A DNA stretch of 63,447 bases, counting the filler, from Octopus bimaculoides (taxonomy: Eukaryota), in the NCBI RefSeq assembly GCF_001194135.2. It is 3 parts of 3 records of this genome, joined end to end, with 100 filler letters (N's around TTAATTAATTAA, not from the genome) between each part and the next. Parts side by side here need not be neighbours in the genome. Positions count along the whole stretch, not along the records: positions 1 to 29,128 come from NC_068987.1; 2 more parts are not named here. The stretch is one strand, 5' to 3'. Position numbers and translations under genes: made by a program. Below are positions 1-12,427 of the stretch, one piece after another (the first letter of the stretch is position 1; every line of letters begins with the position of its first letter). The notes beneath the pieces were generated by a model, which was not told the origin of the DNA, did no database searches, and was given only the letters and a program-made list of their open reading frames with translations.

Positions 1-1831
1 TTTTTTTTTTTTTTTTTTTTTTTTCTTATGGGCCGAAATAGCTTGTGGTGTGATGGAGGGAAAAGACAACAAGAAGCAAAAGGACAGAATGAAGCGTTGT
101 CGACCGCAGTGGAGTACACAATCGCTCCTGATCAAAGCACGTCTTTCTCATAACCTCTCTGTTTTCTAACTGACCCACGTGCTGACCTTCGACCGCATGT
201 GTCCGACTTCCAGCCTGACCCTTCCGGTCTGGCTTCACTTCTGTTTGCCTCACCTCTCTCCACCAACAACACACAGCTCATCACAGCCCATAACACCACA
301 GTCTTGCAAGTTGTTTGGTGACCCTAATGCTGGTGCCATGAAACAAGCACCCTCTACACTCTGTAAAGTGCTTGGCATTAAGAAAAGCATCCAACCACAG
401 ACACCAGAGTTTGACATGGTCTTTTGGCTTGCCAGCTCTTGTCCAACCATTGAGCCCCTACTAGTATGGAAAACAGATATTGAATGATGATGATATATGA
501 GAGGTCTTTCTCTTAGCAACACTTTTCCATAACAAAAACAAGAATTTATACCTTCAAAATATATTAGAATTTTTGATGTTCTAAATCTTTTCTGAAAAAT
601 TCAGTGAAGCTGCAAGGTTACAGTTTACAATCTTTTAACACTTGGCTAGTTGTTGAGTCACTTTCCAAAGCATTACCTCTGTATGGTATGTCACAATTAG
701 ATCATCTTTACTGATATGAACTCTCTAAACTCTTGAATGATCTAACTCAAAATATCATCAGCATCATTAACAAAGGTAATGGATAGCAAAATGAATAAAT
801 TCCTCTCTGTAATTATCTTATTAATTAAAATAAGATGAGCCAAGGACAGAGTCTATATATAATCATTTGTCTTTTTGCCCTATTAATGTTAGAGTAGGAG
901 ATGGCCAAGAATAGTTAGAGCATCAAACAAAATGTGGTATTTGTTCTAGTCTTCTATGTTGACTAGAACAAATACTGCAATGTTCAACTTTGAGGCCAAT
1001 AAAATAAAGTACCAACCAGTAAGTACTAGCATTGATAAACAACTAGCTCCCCTCAAAAATAAATACCACTCAAATTATATCAGAAATTACTGAAATTGAG
1101 ACTAAGTAAATGAACATCATCATCATCATTTAATTTCCATATTCTATATTGGCATGGGTGAATTGGTTGGTTCTGTTCAACCAGGAATTAAGTTTGCATT
1201 AAAAAACTTACAAGGCAGATGCTTGCCATCATTCTGTGGCATTTTTATGGAAAATAGGTAAAAAAAAATGGAGTAAAACTTTATTTAAATTGGTAATTTA
1301 TTGTGATGAGATTAGAAACCCAGTATTAGTTTCAACATTGAGAAAGTTTACTTGTGATAGCTTGACTTGCTGTAACTAGTAGCCAAATGTTCCTTAAAAT
1401 CACATACAGTTTTAAGGGAGCAACATATCAGATAATTGATCCTAGAAAGAAATTATCTGTAAAAACACGAAATGATGAGTTGTTTATGACTTGAATGTCT
1501 TTTGATCTCTTATTGATCAGAGTGCAATCAGACAGATTGATGAGAGTTTAGTCATATTGGGCTTAAAGAACAAGAACAAAAATATTTTATGTTCTTTTTG
1601 GTTTTTGGTGCAGTTTTTAATTTTGTGCACCTTCTGCATATGCTTGTACATGTGCACAATTTCAGGGAATCCCCTCAGTTATTTTTTACCTGGAAGTTGA
1701 CTGGAGGACATTCAACTTCCAAGTTAGTTCATGCTAACATAAAAACAATAAAACTATACAAAAACAAAAAATAAAAGATAATTAATTCAGCAGTTTACCT
1801 TTGTCATTGGAATCATTATTTCTATTTTCAG

Positions 1832-1962
1832 GTAATTGATATTAATGATTTTCAAAGACGTCGTTTTGCTAATCGAATTATTGAAGCTCTCTTTAATACA
1901 GTGACAAACAAAAAAATTGCAGTTTTTGGTTTTGCTTTTAAGAAAGACACTGCGGACACAAG
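1832..1962 (+). CDS. UGDH: UDP-glucose 6-dehydrogenase, internal coding exon (first in window)
   Basis: Acceptor tttcag at 1831 and donor AG|gtaaaa at 1963. Translates [43 protein letters not shown](R), matching the UGDH motif VIDMNDYQRRRF...[13 protein letters not shown]. 131 nt, ends in phase 2. Confidence 0.97.
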
Positions 1963-2419
1963 GTAAAAATCCTTCATTTTCCTTAAATTATTATTAAGTT
2001 GGTTGTTAAAATGCCACATGGTATTTGTTCCAGTTCTTTATGTCCTGGTTTCAAATCTTGCCACAGTCAGTTTTGCTTGTTATCCTTTTGGGGTTGGAGT
2101 CAATGGTATAGACTAACCCCTCCTCCAAAAATTGCTGGCTTTGTGACAAAATTAGAAATAATTATTATTGTTGCTGTTGTCTGCTTGTGGCATTTTTCTA
2201 GCTCTTTATTATTGTTATTGTAGAGTAGTGTATTGGCAGAATCATTACAACTTCATAAAAAATGCCTTGTAGTTTTGTCTCTTCTCTTTCTATTCTGAGT
2301 TCAAATCCTATCGTGGTCAACCTTGCCTTTCATCTTATTGAGTCAGTAAAATGAAATATCAGTCAAGTATTGATGTTAATATTATCAACTAACCTCTCCT
2401 CTACTAATTTCTATGCAAA

Positions 2420-2471
<52 letters not shown>

Positions 2472-3022
2472 GAGTGAGTGAGAGAGCAGTGCATCCCATC
2501 AAAGTGACACTGGGGTACAAATATATGAAGCCCAATATACCAATCATGACTACCTGTCTGATAAAGGTACACCAGGCACATGCATCACAACCATATGTGC
2601 ATGACATGGTGATCTCATATCAAGATAAACAGCACATGACCTTGCAGGTGGGGCCCACTTAGAATTTTTTTCAGGTCAAGTAGCCCATCTCAGTCAACAG
2701 ATCACTGACTAAGGTTTGTTTTAAGGATGATGAACAAAACACCCATGTTTCCAGAGGTGAATTATTCAAGCCTCAAAGAATTCTTCTTAACACATGGCTA
2801 TGATGCTCCTCCACTACTTCTGCTCGTGATCAAAGATGCACATATTATCAACCACTTAGGGACATGCTCAACTGTTTAAGGTCAAACAACTGACAAGCAA
2901 ATCTGTGGTATTGATCAGAATATTTGCTGTAGCGCATCTTTTATACCAAGACAAAACAATATACATGATAACACTTCCAATCAGTTAAAATCAAAAGCCA
3001 TGAGAACTACTGCCTGGTACTG

Positions 3023-3023
<1 letters not shown>
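2472..3023. repeat. About 550-bp complex interspersed repeat between (TTA)n and (CAT)n tracts
   Basis: Sharp boundaries against the microsatellites. Recalled as a common octopus repeat, but there is no second copy in the window. Confidence 0.45.
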
Positions 3024-3058
<35 letters not shown>

Positions 3059-3129
3059 TTTAATCTGCATGTTTGATGCAATCACTTGCTGGGAGATACC
3101 CTAGGGTAAGTGAAGTTAAAGAATTGTTG

Positions 3130-5225
3130 AAATATAGCTGAAAGCTTGGGTAAGAGAAGTGGGGAGGGCAGTACAGAGATGCATGAATATAATACAACAC
3201 AAACATTTAAATTGATTGGGCTTTTCTATTTTTTTTATAGGGCACCTAAGACGACAACTTTTGCTTTAAGATACCACATCTTTTGTATTTCAATTTCCAA
3301 GTCCTTACTAAGTTTATCAAATTCCTTTACAGATATTTTTATCAGTGTGGACATTTACATCTATTAGTGTACAAGTATTTTCTTCTTTGTCTTTAATAAT
3401 TATGTCTGGTAAGTTAGCCTAGATTGTTCTGACAGTGTTGACTGGAAAATCCCAGAAGATGGTGACATTTTTGCCTATAAATACTGGCTCAGGATGCAGT
3501 TCATACCAGAGCAGAAGTGCTGATTTGTCAGTATTTACATATTTGCCAATGTAAATATTTTCCTACCTATTGTGGTGATTAGCATAAGACAGCCCAAAAC
3601 AAGATGATCTATTGTTTCATCAAACATGTTGCAGAATCTGCATTTTAGGTCAACATCGTTTTAAAGAACATTAAGCTGGTAATTTCTGGTAAACAAGCTT
3701 TGATCTTGTGCTGCCAGTATGATGCCTTCAGTCTCTGTTTTCAATCCTTACCTCCTCAGTCACTGATGGGTTGTTGCTTGGTCTACATCAACATTTTGAC
3801 TTTTAAGAATATATTGTCCATGCAGGGATTTCTGGCTTCACAACTCCTCGATTCTGCTTGATTTGATTTGCTTGTTTGGTAGCAGTGGTTTCAGGTTCTT
3901 CATCTAATTCAGAGTTAACACCAAGTTCCCTTGTAAATTTACAACTTTCCTTGACAATACTCTTTCATGTTTGCACACAAGCAACAGCATCCGGTCCTCT
4001 GTACTAGAAAGTACCTTTTCATTCCTATAGTGGAGGTTTTATAAGAGAGCTCTCATTGTATCATTCCTCTTCCCCTGTTGCTTATAGGTAGGTACTGACG
4101 GTTAATGTCTGCCTTAGGATGGTGCATGTTATTAGATATCAATAATTGCCTTACCTTCCTGTTTATGTATTGGAGTTGTTTATGTATTGGAGTTCTGTAA
4201 GATTCCAGTTAATGATATTAAAACTACTGGACTATTGGAAGTGCTGGGTGTTAATGTCTTCAATACAATTTTTAGAGTTATGTTTGGTCTTCAATACAAG
4301 TCTTATTCTCCTATAGTACTCCTTTCTTATCTTTTCCTTCATAGTGGCATGATTTATGCCATCTCCATTTATTCCCAGGTATTTATAAGTTTCTTGTGGG
4401 TCAAGGTCCTTGATGGTAGTGTCAATATTTAATTTAATGAACATTGTCTGAGCTTGCCTCTCACAAAAGTTGCTTTGGCACACTTATCAAGGTCAAAATC
4501 CATCTCAGTGTCATTGCTGAACTTTTTAATAGTTGTTAGCAGCTCTTCTAGTTTTTGGCCATTCCTTGTAAACAGCTTCAGATCATCCATGTAAAAAGAT
4601 GGTTTATCTTGTAAAGAATGTTGTCCCCATATCCAGTGTTATTCAATTCCTTTAAGAGTGGGATCAGCTCCATGCAGAAAAGTAATGGAGTGAGAAAGTC
4701 ACCTTGAAAGGTGCCTCATATGATGTTGATGATGTCAGACTGGCTCATCTCATTGCTATGGATTAGAAAGAAATGTGTTCCATTTGACCATGCTACTTTG
4801 TAAGGATTTGGAGATGACAAGAAAGATCTTGTATATCTCAAAGGCATTTATGTAGGACGCTATCAAACACTTTCCTGTAATCTATCCATGCCGCCATATG
4901 TGGGTTCTTGTTTTTGTACCGGCAGTTCTCTAAAATCATTCTGTTTATGAGCAACTGGTCTTTTCACCCATGGGAATTTCTTTTACAATCATTTTGAGCT
5001 TGTGAAAGGATAGAGTTCTCCAAGGAAAGTGTACATTTTTTCAGATATTATGGATACGAGGATCTTGTGAGTAGTGTTATTTGTCGGTAATTCTTCATGT
5101 TTTTTGTGTCATCAGTTTTTGGTAGTAGTAGTTCCTTCAGTCAGCCAGGCAGGTATTTGCTCTGTATTCTGAGTGATATCAGTTTGAGATGCAGCAAGAT
5201 TTTCATATACTTCTGTCAAACAGTT
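3130..5225 (-). mobile_element. Degenerate R4/Dong-like LINE (RT plus C-terminal restriction-like endonuclease)
   Basis: FYMDDLKLF (about 4585), YKYLGI...MKEKIRKEYYRRIRLVLK (4232-4483), and RLE motifs WDFPV.T, PDIIIKDK..C.LIDV and KDLEIEIQKMW (3230-3480). Confidence 0.85.
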
Positions 5226-5249
5226 CATTCAGAAGTTTGAGACCTAGTC

Positions 5250-5745
5250 CAGTCTTGGGGTTTTCCATTTATGAGACTTTCACAAATGTAGAGATCTGTC
5301 AACGTTTGGCAACTACAACAAAGAAAGCAAAGCTTTTTTGGAGAAAATAGTAATTGGAGATAAGAATGGGCCTGTCACTTTTAGCCAGAATCCAAAAAGC
5401 AGAATACCAAAGAGAATGGAGGGGAAACACACAGAATTACCAGAGAGAAAAGAAATTCAAGACTTAACCTTTTGCAGAAAAAGTGATGCTAACAGTTTTT
5501 GGGGACAAAAATGGCCCATACTTGAATTATTATCTGGAAAAGGGGTCTACAGTCACCAGTGTGGGCTCTAGTGAAATGCTGGCTAACAAAGTGTAACCAG
5601 CAATTTGCATCAAACACTGAGGTCTATTGTCAAAGTAGTTATTGTTGTACAACAATGCACACCTGCATAAGGGTGCCTATTCTGTTGAAACCATTGAAAA
5701 ATTGGGTTTTGAGTTGTTGGAACGCCAGATCTCTCTCCTTCTAAC
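5250..5745 (+). mobile_element. Mariner transposase remnant
   Basis: Frameshifted KVML(T)VFW, ILx.YL.KG.TV and LYNNAHLH...IEKLGFELLE motifs. Confidence 0.7.
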
Positions 5746-5749
5746 TATC

Positions 5750-6190
5750 ACCTCTTTGGACCACTCAAACATCCTTTACAGAGTTGTTGATTTGCTACAA
5801 ACAAAGAAGTGTAATTATTCAACTCCTGCTTTTGTTTTAATAAATTACAGAAACAAGAGAGCATATAATTTTTGAACATGAACAAGCAAGAAAAAACATG
5901 AAAGAACAACATTAGGGTTGAATAAGTGATGATGTCAGTTTTCCCCATTTAAAAGTTGCTTTTTCCCATTTATTGAGACCAAAATCAATACTGACATCAT
6001 TACTGAACTGTTTTACCATTGTTAAAAGTCCTTCTAATTCTTGGTAATTCTTAGAATGCAACTTCAAATCATCCATATAAAAAGATCAACTATTGGTGTT
6101 GTTATTGCTAAGTTTATATCTATACATTGTGTTGTGTAGTTTGTTTCAAAGAGGGAAGAGTGCAATACAGAAAAGTGGTGAGAGGTAATC
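5750..6190 (-). mobile_element. R4/Dong-like RT fragment
   Basis: FYMDDLKLHSKNYQELEGLLTMVKQFSNDVSIDFGLNK on the minus strand. Confidence 0.75.
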
Positions 6191-7281
6191 ATCTTAGGAA
6201 ATTCCACAGATTATTTTGGTTTTGCTAGATTGCCTGACCCCATTACTATGGTTAAGAAAAAGAGATGTTAACCATTTTATCCAAACTATGTTAAAGATGA
6301 CTGGGATGACTGGAAAGATTTTGTATTTGTCTAGAGCTTTCAATGTACACTCATGGGAGATGCTGCCAAAAGCTTTATTATTATTATTAAGGCATCAAGC
6401 TAGCAGAATTGCTAGCATGCCAGGTAAACTGCTTAGCAGTATTTTGTCCACTTTATCTTCTGAGTTCAAATTTTACCAAATCTGACTTTGCCTTTCATCC
6501 TTTCAAGGTCAATAAAATAAGTATCAGTTGAGAACCGGGGTCAATGTAATCAACTTACACCCCTCCCCTGAAATTTCTGCGCTTGTGCCAAGATTTGAAG
6601 CCATTATTATTATTATCATTTATTGTCTTTGCACAGTTTCTAATGCTGGAGATGTACTATGGTGCCAGCTGTTCACTACCAGTGAACTTAGGTAATACCC
6701 CTTATTTTTCAAGCACTATCTGGAGTATTTATTATTATTATTATTATTAATATTATCATTATGTCATATAACTGGCACCTGTGCCATTGGCACATAAAAA
6801 CATCCATACTGCTGGCATGTAAAAAGCACCCATTACACTCTTGGAGTGCTTGGCATTAGGAAAGGCATCTAGCTGTAGAAACCATGCCAAATCAGACTAG
6901 AACCTGGTGCAACTCATCAGCTTACCAGTTCCAGTCAAACCATCTAACCCATACCAGCATGGAAAGCAGACGCTAAATGATGATGACGATGATGAGGTTG
7001 ATTGTTATTGTTGTTGTTGTTGTTATTATTATTATTATTATTAGGATAGCAAGTTGTCAGAATCATAAGCACACTGGACAAAATGCTTAGCCATATTTCA
7101 TTCATCTGAGTCCAAATGTCACTGAAGTCAACTTTGCCTTTCATCCTTTTGGGGCTGATAAAATAAGTATCAGTCAAGCACTGGGGTCAATGTCCCTTCC
7201 CCAAAATTTCAGGCTTTGTGTCTATAGTAGAAATAATAATAATAATAATAATAATGATAATAATAATAATAATAATAATAA

Positions 7282-7777
7282 CAAAATACAAAGACCTGGA
7301 AATAGAGGTAACTCGAATGTGGAATCTAAAAACAGAAACAATTCCTATCATAGTAGGTGCCTTAGGTATAATAAAAAAATATTCAGACAAATACATAACA
7401 AAAACACCAGGACTTACAAATATATATAACATACAGAAAATTGCACTACTGGGCACTGCACACATCCTACGCAAAACACTTTCAATACAGTAATCATAAG
7501 AACATCACAGCAAACNNNNNNNNNNATTCCTATCATAGTAGGTGCCTTAGGTATAATAAAAAAATATTCAGACAAATACATAACAAAAACACCAGGACTT
7601 ACAAATATATATAACATACAGAAAATTGCACTACTGGGCACTGCACACATCCTACGCAAAACACTTTCAATACAGTAATCATAAGAACATCACAGCAAAC
7701 CACAGCACATACCCAAGGCACACAGAGCTGCGCTCGGTAGTGAAGTGAAAGCACGTTATAAAAATGAAACTACTGAA
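7282..7777 (+). mobile_element. R4/Dong-like 3' fragment between (TAA)n tracts; contains an assembly-duplicated 175 bp
   Basis: KYKDLEIEVTRMWNLKTETIPIIVGALG...QKIALLGTAHILRKTLSIQ* followed by the 3' UTR ending ctactgaa. (TAA)n on both sides. Confidence 0.85.
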
Positions 7778-7842
7778 CAATAATAATAATAATAATAATT
7801 GTTGTTGTTGTTGTTGTTATCATCATCATCATCATCATCATC

Positions 7843-8608
7843 TAATGGTATGCATAAACTTGTTACTTTTGGAATCAGTGTCCTTGATACTGATGAGTCA
7901 TAACTAGTCTCCTTAGATGTCAAGGGCTTCTCAAACAATCCTTGCTGTTCATATAAAAGCAAATTTCTGTATTAATACAATTCTCATAGTTACACCAATC
8001 TTAATAAAGGAACTATCAAGTCTGTTAGAGACAGTACCTCAGGAACATAGCTATTAGGCATATTTTTGCCGAAGCTCTCCACTGTCTTCACATTTCCCTT
8101 GCTAAGTCTTGGTATTTTCCTATTTTTTCTTGTCTTTAACCACTTATCTGCAGATACAGCCACATTTATGATGCACTCTTTTGACATCTTGTGTAGAATG
8201 ATAATATGTGGTCATCTTGCTTGAATTTTGTGATCGATTCTAACTGTAAAGTCACATAAGACCTTAATCTGGTTGTTCTTTGTCACACTCTCTGGTTGGT
8301 GTTGGCACCATATTCGGCTTATTTGAAACCGCTTTGATGTAAAATGTCCCAGTGTAATACCTTAGCTACACAACCATGTTTGCATTTATATCCTTTCTGA
8401 GCCACAGGACTAAAAGAACTTATGTGTACAGCAGACTCATTTTTCTTGTTATAGATTCTGCATTTAGCACTTTCTATGGTTCTGTCTGACTGGCTTTGAA
8501 CAGCCATAATGAGTCTTTCTGTTTCTTTCTTGAGTCCCCCATGCTTAAGTTCACCATTCTTCAATCATAACCAAGATTTGTCTTCTGCAGTATCCTATGT
8601 TTGCCTGA
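7843..8608 (-). mobile_element. R4/Dong-like C-terminal fragment (zinc knuckle plus RLE), degenerate
   Basis: GLKKETERLIMAVQSQ...CRI...ES..HI.S..P..AQK.Y..KH..VAK.LHW in ORF 8319-8564. Confidence 0.75.
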
Positions 8609-8664
8609 GATTATTATTATTAGAGCTGGCTGAACAAAATGCTGCTGAGCATTTTGTATGTCTT

Positions 8665-9507
8665 GGATCTTTTCCCTTTGAACGGCAGATTGAGAAATTA
8701 ATTTTTTGTAACTAAACACTTTCAAACTTCGGACACTGGTAGAATGTATCATATACAACATCTTTTACCCTTAGTGTTGTTGAGAAAAGTTTATATTTTC
8801 AAAGTTATTTTGTGTTAAAGTTGTCGTATTTTGGTCATTTCAACCATTCAATGACGTGTATTCAACTGAATAAAATTACTGCCGTTGTTTGTCAACAACT
8901 ACTATCGGCAGTGTATATTTCGTTTGTCACTGTTATTTATTACATCGTTCGTGTACTTGTACTGGTTTTAGCTTTAGAGTTTTAGGATTAGGGTTTTAGG
9001 GTTAGGGTTGGGATTTTAGGGTTAGAATTACGGAAAAAAGTGAAAAATGAAGAAATTGGAGGGGAGTGATGGGGGGCAAAAAAGTCTTTCTGAAAATAGT
9101 AGCTGAAAAACAGGAAAAAAAGAAAACTAAAAGCAGTCGAAATGCACGAACGATTGTGGTGGTGCCATGAAGTAAATATGCTTCATATACACTCGTTTAT
9201 TTCTACAAAAGTAACTGAGATGAAATAGGTCATGAATAACAGTGACAAACGAAATATACACTGCCGGAAGTTGTTGTTGACAAACAACAACAGTAATTTT
9301 ATTCAGCTGAATACACTTCATTTATTGGTTGAAATTACCGAAATACAACAACTTTAGCATGAAATAACTTTGAAAATACAAGCTTTCCTCAACAACACTA
9401 AGAGTAAAAGATGTTTTATTTGACACATTCTACCAGTGTCTGAAGTTTGAAAGTGTTTAGTTACAAAAAATTAATTTCTCGATCTGCTGTTGAAAGGGTA
9501 AAGATCC
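8665..9507. mobile_element. Fold-back MITE with about 276-bp TIRs, GG...CC termini and an 8-bp TSD (Merlin-like)
   Basis: 8665-8940 is the reverse complement of 9232-9507. TSD TATGTCTT at 8657-8664 and 9508-9515. Inserted into a SINE. Confidence 0.88.
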
Positions 9508-9650
9508 TATGTCTTTGTTCTGAGTTCAAATTCCACCAGTTAACTTTGTCATTTGTCCATTCAGGGTTGATAAAATAAGTACTAGTTGAACACTGGGGTT
9601 GATGTAATCAACTACCTACCTCCTCTCAAATTGCTTGCCTATTATTATTA

Positions 9651-10576
9651 TACTAGTGCATGCTAATTGCTAATTTAGTTAGCAGATATTTTATCTTAAG
9701 GTTTGATCACAAGTCTCCTTAAATCTGAAGAATCTTCCTTCGAATTCTTGTAGAATATAGGATGGTACTTTTCTGCAGATTGACAATGTGATTTTCAATT
9801 CCAATCTCTTTCAGTCTTTTAGGTAGATTTTGGGTGTTGTGCCAAGTGCACTAATTACTATAGGAATAATTGCTGTCTTGATCTTCCACAGTCTCCTCAG
9901 TTCTCAAGCTAGATCCTGATATTTCTCATTTTTTTTTTCAATTTCTTTGATATTAACTCTGCTGTCATAGGGAATTGCAAAATCTATGATCTTACATTAT
10001 TTGTTTATTTTATCTTCTATGATCATATCCAGTTTCTTCGCTTCAATAGTATGGTCAGTTTTTATGGGGAAATCTCACAAAATCTTATAATTCTCAATTT
10101 CTATCACAGTCTCTGGCTTGTGTTCATACCACTTTTCTGTTGTTTTGAAGCAATACACTCAGTTAACATTCCAATGCACTTTGTGGCCTACATAGTCATA
10201 TGTGTGTTTATACTCCTTTTGCACTAGTGTACTGCATTTTCTCAAAAGGTGATTGATACTTTCCTGTAGATTCTACATTTGCTGTCTGACTGAGTTTTGT
10301 CAATCTTTGCCTTTATCAGGTTTGTTCTAAGGACTTGTTCCCGAGCAGCTATAATTAGTGTTTCTATCTCTAATTTAAGGCCCGTCTGTACACCAGAGAT
10401 GGTGGTCTTTACTTCCAACAGTCTCAGTTTGTTACATGAATTGGCCGTGTAGTTGCATCTCTTTCTATCTGTTTGCTGTTATTTCTTTTCTCCTTGAATT
10501 CTTCTATTGTTTTGATCACTTTTTGGGTTATCTCTAGCTGCCAATAGCATTCTTTCTTTACTTAGCTCAACATAAT
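9651..10576 (-). mobile_element. R4/Dong-like 3' fragment bounded by (TAA)n on both sides
   Basis: EKYQDLA.ELRRLWKIKTAIIPIVISALG and LQKSTIL...RKIL on the minus strand. TAA tracts at 9641-9650 and 10577-10615. Confidence 0.8.
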
Positions 10577-10616
10577 TTTGATTATTGTTGTTATTATTAT
10601 TATTATTATTATTATT

Positions 10617-10845
10617 GGAAGGCAGCAAGCTGGCAGAATTGTTAGCATACCAGGCAAAATGCTTAAGCAGTATTTCACTTGTCTTTATGTTCTGAGTTCA
10701 AATGCTGCCAGGGTCAACTTTGCCTTTTATCCTTTCAGGGTCAATAAATTAAGTACAAGTGAAACACTGGGGTTGATGTAATCGACTAGTCCCCTCTCTC
10801 AAAATTTCAGGCCTTGTGCCTATTTTAGAAAGGATTATTGTTATT
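10617..10845 (+). mobile_element. tRNA-derived SINE family A, representative copy. Other copies at about 2222-2410, 6390-6610, 7044-7232, 8620-8664 plus 9508-9640, 11408-11590, 11591-11810 and 42630-42812 (+), and 19150-19340, 19362-19570 and 42290-42450 (-)
   Basis: A-box-like TGGCAGAATTG, B-box-like GAGTTCAAAT, shared body CTTTCATCCTTTCGGGGTCRATAAAATAAGTAC and an (ATT)n tail. Confidence 0.85.
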
Positions 10846-10846
10846 A

Positions 10847-11126
10847 TTCAGTAGTTTTATTTTTATAACGTGTTTTCACTTCACTACCGAGCACAGCTCT
10901 GTGTGCCTTGGGTATGTGCTGTGGTTTGCTGTGATGCTCTTATGGTTACTGTATTGAAAGTGTTTTTTGTAGGATGTGTGCAGTGCCCAGTAGTGCAATT
11001 TTCTGTGTTATATATACTTGTAAGTCCTGGTGTTATGTATTTGTCTGAATATTTTTTTATCATACCTAATGCGCCTACTATGATAGGAACTGTTTCTGTT
11101 TTTAGATTCCACATTCGAGTTACCTC

Positions 11127-11127
<1 letters not shown>
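10847..11127 (-). mobile_element. R4/Dong-like 3' fragment, same subfamily as 7282-7777
   Basis: MWNLKTETVPIIVGALGMIKKYSDKYI and the same 3' UTR ending actactgaa. (TAA)n at both ends. Confidence 0.88.
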
Positions 11128-11198
<71 letters not shown>

Positions 11199-11857
11199 NN
11201 NNNNNNNNNNNNNNNNNNNNNNNNNNNNNNNNNNNNNNNNNNNNNNNNNNNNNNNNNNNNNNNNNNNNNNNNNNNNNNNNNNNNNNNNNNNNNNNNNNNN
11301 NNNNNNNNNNNNNNNNNNNNNNNNNNNNNNNNNNNNNNNNNNNNNNNNNNNNNNNNNNNNNNNNNNNNNNNNNNNNNNNNNNNNNNNNNNNNNNNNNNNN
11401 NNNNNNTTAGCAGTATTTCGCCCGTTGCTTCAATCTGAGTTCAATTTCCACCAAGGTTGACTTTACCTTTCATCCTTTCAGGGTTGATGAAATAAGTACC
11501 AGTTGAGCACTGGGGTCGATGTGATCGACTAGTCCCCCTCCCCACTAAATTTCAGGCTTTATGCCTGTATTAGAAAGGATTATTACTATTAAGGTGACGA
11601 GCTGGCAGAATTGTTAGCATGCCAGGTAAAATGCTTAGCGGCATTTCGTTTGTCTTTACGTTCAGTTTCCGCCAGGGTTGACTCCGCCTTTCATCCTTTT
11701 GGGGTCAATAAATTAAGTACCAGTGAAACACTGGGATTGATCTAATTGACCTGCCCTCTCCCCCAAATTTTCAGGCCTTATCCCTTTAGTAGAAAGGATT
11801 ATTATTATTATAAAATCTCAAGAAGTGATAGAGTAGTAATGTATACTAAACAGTACA

Positions 11858-12312
11858 GCAAGTCACCACATCAAAGTAGCAGTTGAATGTTACTACCAGT
11901 TTAACCCCAGGCAGATTCTCCACCAGCTGGTTTTCGGTGCAATGCTCTGCACCCTTTATAGTATTCGTTACTACTCTATAATCTTCTTGAGATTTTATAA
12001 CTAGCTATTTTGCTTGTTGCAAATCAGTGACCAATGGTCACTTTATTTACAATATATCGTTAGCAGAAGCAGATCTTAGCTATCACTCAAGTGCACATGT
12101 GCTCACACCTGAGGATGAGCCAAATAGCTCGAAACTGGGCCAGTCCTGTGATCCTGTTAGCTGCTGGAGGATAGTAGAGGTTCGCTCCCCCTGCTAGCAG
12201 TGTATTGTATATAAAGGGTGCAGAGCGTTGTACCGAAAACCAGCTGGCGAAGAATCTGCCTGAGGTTAAACTAGTAGTAACATTCAACTGCCACTTTGAT
12301 GTGATGACTTGC
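11858..12312. repeat. 103-bp inverted repeat pair (11858-11960 and 12210-12312), MITE-like
   Basis: Hand alignment gives 8 mismatches in 103 nt, all transitions. No clear TSD. Confidence 0.9.
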
Positions 12313-12427
12313 TTTACTACTATTATTATTATTATTATTGCTGCAATGTCTGAAGCAATAGATTGCTGGTTTCATCCCATTTGACTTCAACTTCAAATTC
12401 TTTAGTCAACCCCTACAACAATGAGTG

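Noticed and set aside
7526-7700. Exact 175-bp tandem duplication of 7341-7515
   Set aside because: The identical copies flank a 10-N gap, which is typical of an unmerged contig overlap rather than a real duplication.
8968-9030. Chromosome end or telomere fusion
   Set aside because: The tract is short, degenerate and enclosed in a MITE with a TSD.
10617-10720. tRNA genes at the A-box/B-box motifs
   Set aside because: No cloverleaf can be formed, and each motif continues into a shared SINE body and tail.
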